From the NCBI GenBank assembly GCA_022820705.1, contig JAJEEZ010000454.1, positions 1 to 33,129 of the forward strand: 33,129 nucleotides of DNA. The letters run 5' to 3'. Shown here one piece after another: positions 25,824 to 33,129 of this stretch. The stretch is from Candidatus Latescibacterota bacterium (lineage in GTDB: Bacteria; Latescibacterota; UBA2968; UBA8231). Both the position numbers and the translations under genes were made by a program. Under the pieces are notes generated by a model. That model saw nothing but the letters and a program-made list of their open reading frames with translations, made no database searches and was not told the DNA's origin. The stretch's first letter is position 1; each line of letters starts with the position of its first letter.

Positions 25824-26591
25824 ATGAGAACAGCATTCGCCGGCATTTTCTTAGTCGCGCTGCTAGCCACCGAGGCGGCAGCCTTCTCGCAAACCGAGTT
25901 CCATCTGCAGTACGGCAAACACAAGAATCCATTCTCGTCAGCCGAGCAACAGACTCTTGTCTTTACCGTGCAACAGGCTGCGGGATGGAAGTTGGGGGAT
26001 AGCTTCTTCTTTATCGACTACCTCGATGACGACGAGCGCGACGGTTTCAACGATCGAGATTTCTACGGCGAGTGGTCTCCAACCCTGAGTTTTGGCAAGC
26101 TGGCCAACAGGGAATTGCGCGTCGGCCCCATTCGGGATTTTGCCCTGATTGCTGGGATCAACGTCAGCGGCGACGACAACGTCGTGAAATACCTGCCCGG
26201 TCTGCGGGCCTCTTGGGACCTGCCGGGATTCCTGTTCCTGAATACGGACCTGACGGCCTATATAGATGACAACATTGGCGGCGAAGGCGGTGCCCCCAAA
26301 ACTGACAACAGCTTCCTACTGAACGTCAATTGGGCCTTGCCCATCAATGTTGGCAGTCTGTCTCTGGCGATTGTCGGTCATGCCGAGTACTTGGGCGGTC
26401 GCACCAACGAATTTGGTGAAGAAGTCAAAAGTTCCATTCTCTCTCAGCCGCAGTTTACTTGGGATCTAGGCAAAGTGGTCGGAGCGCCCAATCAGCTCAT
26501 GGTCGGCATTGAATACCAGTACTGGCTCAACAAGCTCGGAACGGACGAAGATGAGAGTACGGCCCAGTTGTTGGTGGTATGGCGTCTCTGA
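25824..26591 (+). CDS. Tsx/OmpK-like nucleoside-specific outer-membrane channel
   Basis: GAGGA SD before ATG 25824; signal peptide; W.LGDSFFFID, FYGEWSPTLS, ILSQPQFTWD and GIEYQYWLNKLG motifs; final strand QLLVVWRL. Confidence 0.85.
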   Translation: MRTAFAGIFLVALLATEAAAFSQTEFHLQYGKHKNPFSSAEQQTLVFTVQQAAGWKLGDSFFFIDYLDDDERDGFNDRDFYGEWSPTLSFGKLANRELRVGPIRDFALIAGINVSGDDNVVKYLPGLRASWDLPGFLFLNTDLTAYIDDNIGGEGGAPKTDNSFLLNVNWALPINVGSLSLAIVGHAEYLGGRTNEFGEEVKSSILSQPQFTWDLGKVVGAPNQLMVGIEYQYWLNKLGTDEDESTAQLLVVWRL

Positions 26592-26701
26592 ATGACGGAG
26601 GCTTTTGGCGCGAGTTGCACAATCGTCGCATATTTTCCGGGGCAATGATATAGACCTCGCAGGCTTGGCAGTGCAACCTGACTGAAAGGGTGAATTAGGC
26701 A

Positions 26702-28429
26702 ATGGCGCAAGTAAATGAATACATCCGCTACGAGCCGGACGAGCGCCCTCCCCACTCCATCGCTGCTGGGGTTGGCTTTCAGGCCGCAGTGGTTATCATC
26801 GCGCCGGTGGTGCTCAGCGCGATTATTATTGGCCGGGCGGCCAACCAGCCGGAGAGTTACCTGACTTGGATCGCCTTCGCGGCGCTGCTGATCAGTGGCG
26901 TGAGCACGGTTCTGCAAGCGGTGCGGGTCGGGCGGATCGGGGCCGGGCACGTGCTCGTCATGGGTACTTCAGGTGCCTTCATCGCGGTCTGCATCACGGC
27001 ACTGGTGCAGGGCGGACCGTCCCTGATGGCGAGCCTGATTGTCGTCTCGTCGCTGTTTCAGTTTGCCTTAGCCGCGCGGCTTTCGCTATTGCGCCGGATC
27101 CTCACACCAGTTGTCTCCGGCACGGTGATCATGCTGATCGCCGTCACGGTCATGCCGATCGTGTTCGGCTTGCTGACGGATGTGCCCGAGGGCACGCCGT
27201 CGGCCGCTGCCCCGACTGCGGCCGGTGCGACGCTCGCTACTCTTGTGGTGTTGGCGCTGTGCGCCCCAGGGGCTTGGCGACTGTGGGCACCGCTCATCAG
27301 TATTGCGGTGGGTTGCGCTGTGGCGGCCCCCTTTGGACTGTTTAACATTCAGCCCGTAATCGACGTGCCTTGGATCGGTTTCCCCGATGGTGCGTGGCCG
27401 GGATTGGACCTGACGTTCAGTGCAGAATTCTGGGCGTTGCTGCCGGCGTTTGTGGTCGTAACCTTGGTAGGTGCGATTGAGACCATTGGCGACGGCATTG
27501 CCATTCAACGGGTCTCGCGGCGTCGGCCGCGGGCAACTGATTTTCGCTTGGTCCAGGGCGCTCTCAACGCCGATGGGACGGGCAACCTGTTGTCCGGGCT
27601 GCTCGGGGCACCCCCCAACACGACCTACTCGACCAGCATATCGCTCGCCGAACTCACTGGGGTTGCCGCGCGCCGCGTTGGGGTGTATGTCGGGGCCATC
27701 TTTGCGGTGCTGTCCTTATCGCCCAAGGTGACGGCCCTGCTGATTGCGATTCCCAATCCCGTGGGCGCGGCCTATGTAACCCTGCTGATAGGCATACTTT
27801 TCGTGCAGGGTATGAAGCTAATCGTTGAGAGCGGCCTCAATAGCCGCAAGGCCGTGGTGGTGGGGCTGTCGTTTTGGATTGGAGTGGGCTTTCAGAATCA
27901 GGTGATCTTCGCCGATTTACTGGGTAAGACGTGGGGCACCTTGCTCGGCAACGGCATGACCGCTGGGGGTATTGCCGCAATTTTGCTGACTGCGTTTATG
28001 GAGTTGACGGCTCCGCGTCGCCGACGCCTAGAGGTCGAGTTAGCCGTTGCTTCGCTGCCCAAGATCGACGAGTTCCTCCGCGCCTTTGCCGCGAAAATCG
28101 GCTGGGACGATCCGGCGACCGAGCGGCTGTGCGCTGCCGGAGAAGAGACTTTGGCGATTCTGGCGCAACAAGCTGAGGACGATGCGGCCAACGGACGGCA
28201 CTTGATTCTCACCGCACGGCCCGCCGAGGGGGCGGTGGAACTGGAGTTTTTGGCGACTGCTGCGGGGGAAAATCTCGAAGATCGGCTGGCGTATCTGAGT
28301 GAACAGCCCGAAATAATAGACGAAGGCGAGGTTTCGTTCCGGCTGTTGCGGCACTACGCCTCTTCGGTGCGACACCAGAAATACCACGACTTAGATATCA
28401 TTGCGGTGCAGGTCGAGCGCGTGCCTTAG
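26702..28429 (+). CDS. NCS2 (xanthine/uracil/ascorbate, SLC23) family permease with a fused C-terminal RsbW/HATPase_c-like domain
   Basis: SGVSTVLQ, GTSGAFI, TPVVSGTVIMLI, ETIGD, GALNADG, TTYS...LTGV, SPK and IPNPV.G are NCS2 landmarks. There is an extra ~135-aa soluble C-terminal domain at 28016-28429. Confidence 0.85.
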   Translation: MAQVNEYIRYEPDERPPHSIAAGVGFQAAVVIIAPVVLSAIIIGRAANQPESYLTWIAFAALLISGVSTVLQAVRVGRIGAGHVLVMGTSGAFIAVCITALVQGGPSLMASLIVVSSLFQFALAARLSLLRRILTPVVSGTVIMLIAVTVMPIVFGLLTDVPEGTPSAAAPTAAGATLATLVVLALCAPGAWRLWAPLISIAVGCAVAAPFGLFNIQPVIDVPWIGFPDGAWPGLDLTFSAEFWALLPAFVVVTLVGAIETIGDGIAIQRVSRRRPRATDFRLVQGALNADGTGNLLSGLLGAPPNTTYSTSISLAELTGVAARRVGVYVGAIFAVLSLSPKVTALLIAIPNPVGAAYVTLLIGILFVQGMKLIVESGLNSRKAVVVGLSFWIGVGFQNQVIFADLLGKTWGTLLGNGMTAGGIAAILLTAFMELTAPRRRRLEVELAVASLPKIDEFLRAFAAKIGWDDPATERLCAAGEETLAILAQQAEDDAANGRHLILTARPAEGAVELEFLATAAGENLEDRLAYLSEQPEIIDEGEVSFRLLRHYASSVRHQKYHDLDIIAVQVERVP

Positions 28430-28446
28430 AGGTAAGCCGACCGGTG

Positions 28447-30753
28447 TTATTCGTGCAGATGGTGCTCGGCCCGTTTGGGATGTTCGACAGCGAACTTAAA
28501 AGAGGGCAGCGCTAGAATCTCCAGTTGTTCCCGTCCCTCGGTCACCCGGATGATCGCGTTCACTGGCACTTTGTCGAACACCTGCTCCTCGCCACTTTTC
28601 GGCCAAAGAACCACTAGCTGCGCCACCCGCTCCGCTGAACCCAACCCCACGTACTGACGCAGTGGATTGCCGCCAAAACTGCCGCCGCTGCCGACCCACC
28701 GGTACAGCGACCGCCTTTGGCCGCCCTCCACCACATCGACCCGTAGCTGCGTCCCGATCCCCGATCGATTCGACTCTACCCCTATTACCTCAATAGCTAG
28801 CCAGCCGTGACCAAATCCTGGATTTTCGTATAGCACATCGGCGAAGCCGTCGCTGCGATAGGCTCCGCCCATCTGCTCGAATATATCCACATCGCCATCG
28901 TGGTCTAAATCGGCAAATACGACCCCATGCCCCTTCTGCAGATGCCCCAACCCGCTGGCAAAAGTCACATCGACAAAGCGCTGACCCGCTTGATTCCAAT
29001 ACAGCACATTGGGCATCAGTTCGGCGTAATCGGTGTCGCCGGTGCCCAAGTAGAAATCCAAAAAACCATCGTGGTCTAAATCGCCAAAGTTGGCTCCCAT
29101 AGGTTTGGTCGGCTGCGCGAGGTGGCGGTCTTGGGATACGTCCGCAAAGCCGCCTCGGCCATCGCCGCGATACAGCCGCGCCTGTTCTACGGATACTGAG
29201 TGGCCCAAGTGCGCGGCGGCGATGTCGGCGATGGTGGCCGAGTATGCGGCGACGAACAGGTCGAGGTAGCCGTCGTTGTCGAAGTCCCAGAACCAAGCTG
29301 GGAAGCTGGCCCGAGGGGAGACGACGCCGAGGGTGGGAGCCACATCGGCGAAGGTACCGTCGCCTTGATTGTGGTAGAGCCGGTTGGGCTGCCCGAGGTT
29401 GGATACGTATAGATCGGGCCAGCGGTCCCCGTCGTAGTCGCCCCAGACGACGGCTTTGGCGTGGGCGTATTGGTCAACGCCAGCGGCGGGAGCCACATCG
29501 GCGAAGGTGCCGTCGCCTTGGTTTTGAAAGAGTTGGCCGGGGGCTACAAAGGTGTCGGTGGTTTCATTGCCGATGTAGAGGTCGAGATCGCCGTCGAGGT
29601 CGTAGTCGGCCCAAGCGGCGGTTTGGGTTGGGTAGTGGTCTCGTCCTAAGCCGGCGGCAAAGGTCGCGTCGAAGAAGGTGCCATCGCCTGCATTCCGCAG
29701 CAGCGAATTGGGATGCTGGCCATGCTCGCCGAACCAAGCCCCGCGCAGGACCAAGAGGTCGAGGTGGCCGTCGTTGTCGTAGTCAGCTTGCACCAAGTTG
29801 AGTCCGCCCAACAGCCCGTTGAGGTTGGCCTCCTCGGTGCGGTCCGCAAAGGTGCCGTCCCCCCCATTGCGGAAAAAGCGCAGTTGTCCGGCCAAGTCCG
29901 ATGTCGAGACGAAGAAATCGAGATACCCGTCGCCGTCGAAGTCGTCGGCCACGGCCCCGCCCGAGAGGCTGAAGGTGTCCAATCCGAGCGCAGGAGCCAC
30001 ATTGACCCAGCGTGGGAACGCCGCTTGGGACTCAAAGGCTTCGGGGGGAATCCGGTGAGCGGGCGGCACCCTCTCGGGATACTGCCCCAAGGTCATATAG
30101 GCGATGTTGAGCAGCCAGCGGGCACTTAGGCGTAGGCGCTCCTCTGCGGCGGTATTATCGAGCACGGCTTGGAAATAGGGGATGGCTTGGCTCGATCCTT
30201 CGGGGAGGGTGTGGAAGCCGCTGGGGCGAATGGGCAGGATGCAGTGGTCGGCGTTGGGGTTGAGGACGCAGTTTTGGGTTTCCCCCAAGCGCAGCCACGC
30301 CAGCCCTAGGCGAAAGTGTATCTCATTTACTACCTGAGCAGGGACCGAGTGTTGGCCCGCGAGCATCTCTTTGGCCGCGGTGAGATGGTCTATGGCACGG
30401 CGTTCCCGCCCCAAGAAAAGTTCGGCGACCCCCAAGCGAAAATGGAGGCGAATTCGGTCTTGGACGGGAGCTGAGTTGGGCAGCGCCTGCAACTGATCTT
30501 CTAACTGTCGTAGCTGACCTTCGCCTTGATAGGGATTCTCGTCGAGATTTTGCGCGCGAACCTCCGCCAAAAGGGCCACCATTTTTCGATGGCTTTCCTC
30601 TTGCGAAAGTGAGGCGGCGTGGCTAGCCGAAATCGCGAAGAGTAACAAGAAGGGCAGCACATAAGACAGAAATGGCTGCGAGATGCCCGCGTTCCGAAGA
30701 GGCGCTGCTAGGGCCTCTAAGTCCGTGCATCGCTCCCTAGGCTGCTTTCTCAT
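28447..30753 (-). CDS. CRTAC1-family protein with an N-terminal TPR-like helical region (FG-GAP + ASPIC/UnbV)
   Basis: ATGA overlap with the upstream gene stop; hydrophobic segment ending ...ASHA; LRLGETQNC...CILP, ARWLLNIAYMTLG; DYDNDG repeats; SNRSGIG...SGGSFGGNPLRQYVGLG...WP. Confidence 0.88.
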   Translation of the reverse strand: MRKQPRERCTDLEALAAPLRNAGISQPFLSYVLPFLLLFAISASHAASLSQEESHRKMVALLAEVRAQNLDENPYQGEGQLRQLEDQLQALPNSAPVQDRIRLHFRLGVAELFLGRERRAIDHLTAAKEMLAGQHSVPAQVVNEIHFRLGLAWLRLGETQNCVLNPNADHCILPIRPSGFHTLPEGSSQAIPYFQAVLDNTAAEERLRLSARWLLNIAYMTLGQYPERVPPAHRIPPEAFESQAAFPRWVNVAPALGLDTFSLSGGAVADDFDGDGYLDFFVSTSDLAGQLRFFRNGGDGTFADRTEEANLNGLLGGLNLVQADYDNDGHLDLLVLRGAWFGEHGQHPNSLLRNAGDGTFFDATFAAGLGRDHYPTQTAAWADYDLDGDLDLYIGNETTDTFVAPGQLFQNQGDGTFADVAPAAGVDQYAHAKAVVWGDYDGDRWPDLYVSNLGQPNRLYHNQGDGTFADVAPTLGVVSPRASFPAWFWDFDNDGYLDLFVAAYSATIADIAAAHLGHSVSVEQARLYRGDGRGGFADVSQDRHLAQPTKPMGANFGDLDHDGFLDFYLGTGDTDYAELMPNVLYWNQAGQRFVDVTFASGLGHLQKGHGVVFADLDHDGDVDIFEQMGGAYRSDGFADVLYENPGFGHGWLAIEVIGVESNRSGIGTQLRVDVVEGGQRRSLYRWVGSGGSFGGNPLRQYVGLGSAERVAQLVVLWPKSGEEQVFDKVPVNAIIRVTEGREQLEILALPSFKFAVEHPKRAEHHLHE

Positions 30754-32501
30754 AAGGGAAACGCAAACGTCGGCCCATTGGCATACCGACGCATCCCGAT
30801 CTCCAACGTCTCCCCAGCCCCTGGCGCTAGCTCCACTGCAAAGGACGAGTCATCTATTGCGGTTTCCTTTCCGCCCACGCGCACGCTCGTAAACTGGTGC
30901 TCGGCATAGGCTCCGCCCTGCACGATTACTGCGCGTCCGGCTACTGGGTCTGTGTTTACCAGCGTCAGCGTCATGGAGTCGGTGCCGAGCCGTTCCACTA
31001 GCGCCCCTACGCCCTCGGGCATTCCCGCCCGCCCAGCCTGCGGATCGAAGTAGCGCACTCGGCAGTGCAGCGGCGAGCCGTGGCGCGGCGTCAGCCCGCC
31101 CAACATGAGTTGGGTTAGTCCGCCCGGAATGGCCGGATTGAATGGGTTGGGATTGTCCGACAGTCGGGTGTCTGGCGTCGTTGGGTCGCGGCGCACCTTC
31201 TCCATTTGCGTGCGGAGGCGGGCAAAGTCGGCCTGTAGCGCCGCTTCCGGGTAGGTGGAGTCGCGTCCCTCCAAGAAGCCGAACCAGCCGCTGTCTGCGT
31301 TTAGCCGGCTCAGATCGGCCCGGTCCATCGACCAGTAGTACACCTCTTGCGCTCCCTGTGCGTACTTTGCCGATTGGAACTCGTACCAGCCTTCGTCTCC
31401 GTGCATATGCGGGTACATCATTTGACCGTCGATTTCTTTTCCGTTGGCATTGATTTTGTCGATCATCTGTCGCCACACATCGACGAACTTCTGCTCGCCC
31501 GACAGCAACAGCGCGTTGCCAAAGCCCGAAATCCCCAACCCGTGCGTGTTGCGGCTGGACATTTCCCCGGTCTGGGGCACTTCAACGGTAAAGGCCCAGC
31601 CGTAACACCCTCCGTACCACTTGCCATCGCACTCGCCGCCGATGGTCCCATCGAGTCCGATATTGGTCGGGATGATCCCGTCGTTGGCCAGCGTGCGCTG
31701 CCGCCAGGCTTCGACGTATTCGAGTACCCAGTCCTTGTACTGGCCCTCGCCCGTCAGCGCGTACGCGTTCAGTCCCAAGGCCGTCGCCACCATGTTCTGC
31801 GGATGGTCGCCGACGACATCGGTGTAGTCTTTGAAGTGGGCCAGCATCTCCTCGAAGTTGCGCTCTCCGTGCAGGGGAATGAAGCGCTCCTGCACCTCGT
31901 CGAGCGGATCGCCGGCCCAATCGAGCGCCGTGGCCTTGCGCAGCAGCGGGCCGCGGCTGCCGTTGAACAGGCTCTTGATGATTTTGCGTTCCGGATCGTA
32001 GTTGGGTGCCTGGGGATCGTCGCCCATGTAAAATCCGGCGAAGCGCCGCACCCGCTGCTCAAAGGCTTGTTCGCGTGGATTCATCAAGCCGTGCAGGTTG
32101 AACGTCGTCAGTCCTTCTCCGTTGTGTACCCAATCGAACATCACTGGGAATTCGCGGTAGTACATCCCGTCCCGGGTAAAGGGCACTTCCGTGGTCTTGG
32201 CCTCGGTGTATTGCTTGAGATGCCCCTCCCAAGCTAACTGGCACATATCGTACAGATGGGCTCCACCTCCTAGCACGTAGAGCACGGGCCAGTGGACTAG
32301 GTTCTCGATGGCGTCGTCCGGCCCGTCGTTGCCGCCCCAGCGCGGGATGCACTCCAAATATCCCCGCTCGTCGAAGTATTTGTCGAAGAATTCTGTGCAT
32401 CCCCTCGTTTGCGCTCGAATCAGTTCCCACTCCAGCAGCGCCCAAGCAGGCGGCGGCATTGGCGTGTCAATGGCGATGGCGCGGGGATTTAGATAACTCA
32501 T
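30750..32501 (-). CDS. Conserved-looking hypothetical cytoplasmic enzyme-like protein (possible (alpha/alpha)6 toroid + C-terminal beta domain)
   Basis: Strong SD (AAAAAGGAG) upstream; no signal peptide; Trp/Asp/His-rich motifs WGGNDGPDDAIE, DWVHNGEG, GDHPQN. The fold assignment is a guess. Confidence 0.8.
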   Translation of the reverse strand: MSYLNPRAIAIDTPMPPPAWALLEWELIRAQTRGCTEFFDKYFDERGYLECIPRWGGNDGPDDAIENLVHWPVLYVLGGGAHLYDMCQLAWEGHLKQYTEAKTTEVPFTRDGMYYREFPVMFDWVHNGEGLTTFNLHGLMNPREQAFEQRVRRFAGFYMGDDPQAPNYDPERKIIKSLFNGSRGPLLRKATALDWAGDPLDEVQERFIPLHGERNFEEMLAHFKDYTDVVGDHPQNMVATALGLNAYALTGEGQYKDWVLEYVEAWRQRTLANDGIIPTNIGLDGTIGGECDGKWYGGCYGWAFTVEVPQTGEMSSRNTHGLGISGFGNALLLSGEQKFVDVWRQMIDKINANGKEIDGQMMYPHMHGDEGWYEFQSAKYAQGAQEVYYWSMDRADLSRLNADSGWFGFLEGRDSTYPEAALQADFARLRTQMEKVRRDPTTPDTRLSDNPNPFNPAIPGGLTQLMLGGLTPRHGSPLHCRVRYFDPQAGRAGMPEGVGALVERLGTDSMTLTLVNTDPVAGRAVIVQGGAYAEHQFTSVRVGGKETAIDDSSFAVELAPGAGETLEIGMRRYANGPTFAFPL

Positions 32502-32632
32502 GGATTGCTCCTTTTTGGTAAATAGGTTGTGTGCGTCTGTCGGTACGATTTGGCACCGGTCAAACTGCGGGATTCGCGCCCCGTAATGAGCATCATAGCC
32601 AGCGCAGGGTCAACCAAACGCCGCTCGTTTCG

Positions 32633-32665
32633 TTGACAAAGAGCCTGTCGCGCAATATGTATTTT
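32633..32665 (+). promoter_or_regulatory. Possible sigma70 promoter for the PhyH gene
   Basis: Perfect TTGACA at 32633-32638; TATGTA 17 nt later (32656-32661) within an AT-rich patch. Confidence 0.4.
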
Positions 32666-32708
32666 GCCAGCCGACGACCGCAATGCACACAGGAGTTCTG
32701 CGAAAAAC

Positions 32709-33129
32709 ATGGCGCAACCGCCTTACCCGCAGCACCTCAATCCCAAGCTGACGCCCGAAATCGCCGAGGATGTGGCTTTCTTTCGCAAGTGGGGCTACCT
32801 CGTCGTCGAAGACGCCATCACCGAGGCGCAGGTTGAGATTCTACGCATGGCTCTTGATGCGGCCTGTGCGCGCGGGGACAGCAGGCAGTTTATCCACCAG
32901 CTCTTAGAAGAGGACGAGGACTTTGCCTTCCTGCTCGACAACCCGCCTGTACTGGAGAGGATGCAGGCCATTCTGGGCACTTGCGTCCAACTTCACAGTG
33001 CCACCGCCCGCATTACTGAGTCGGGACAGGAGGAACAGAACTGGCACCGCGACGTGCCTTGGCCCATTGATCCCGACGGCACGCCCTACGGCGCATTGCC
33101 CGGTCAGATCAACTGCGGCTATTACTTGG
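32709..33129 (+). CDS. Phytanoyl-CoA dioxygenase (PhyH) family Fe(II)/2-oxoglutarate dioxygenase, 3'-truncated by the window edge
   Basis: Absent from the ORF track because there is no stop in the window. Manual translation from ATG 32709 gives MAQPPYPQ...FFRKWGYLVVEDAIT...LLDNPPVLERMQAILG...QNWHRD...INCGYYL, with the HxD motif. AGGAG at 32691-32695. Confidence 0.88.
   Translation, partial: MAQPPYPQHLNPKLTPEIAEDVAFFRKWGYLVVEDAITEAQVEILRMALDAACARGDSRQFIHQLLEEDEDFAFLLDNPPVLERMQAILGTCVQLHSATARITESGQEEQNWHRDVPWPIDPDGTPYGALPGQINCGYYL

Noticed and set aside
26604-26620. Sigma54 promoter-like TTGGCGCGAGTTGCA
   Set aside because: GG-to-GC spacing is 8 nt, not the required 10.
12394-30753. Enediyne biosynthetic cluster (because of UnbV domains)
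   Set aside because: No enediyne PKS, thioesterase or other cassette genes; ASPIC/UnbV proteins are widespread outside such clusters.
32498-32980. ORF-track ORFs 32498..32710, 32531..32836 and 32795..32980
   Set aside because: They overlap the divergent promoter region and the true PhyH frame starting at 32709, and have no recognisable protein features.

Overview
A GC-rich, gene-dense bacterial window with 19 protein-coding genes, two of them cut by the window edges. I see no rRNA, tRNA, CRISPR array, transposase or integrase. Almost everything is envelope or secreted. (i) 1-12233, + strand: two tandem paralogous large outer-membrane-type proteins with a conserved acidic, Ca-binding-like core; a secreted CBM9/DOMON-like protein ending in a short 'AVEDNTWGQIKASF' tail; a secreted protein with an 'FTPNGDGVND' FlgD-Ig/CHU_C-type C-terminal domain; a double-parvulin PPIase; a receptor-L-domain/LRR lipoprotein; and a GT-C-like membrane glycosyltransferase. 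This is the best candidate for an uncharacterised export, folding and surface-display locus. (ii) 12.4-30.8 kb: four divergent CRTAC1-family (FG-GAP/VCBS propeller + ASPIC/UnbV) proteins, one fused to an 11-residue-period pentapeptide repeat. They are interleaved with a DUF6785-like polytopic membrane protein, an MFS-like/spermidine-synthase-fold fusion, a TPR lipoprotein, a Tsx-like channel, and an NCS2 permease with a degenerate substrate motif and a fused RsbW/HATPase-like domain. (iii) At the end, an unknown cytoplasmic enzyme-like protein divergent from a truncated PhyH-family dioxygenase. Non-coding signals are an intrinsic terminator, a GTAG REP-like palindrome over a stop codon, a CGCAGATGGA microrepeat, and a dispersed ACTGnnnTTACGCA motif whose inverted copies bracket a small AT-richer coiled-coil gene. 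The gene repertoire resembles Ca. Latescibacterota/Poribacteria-like (often sponge-associated) bacteria; this is inference only. All family calls come from reading motifs by eye, and no database search was run.
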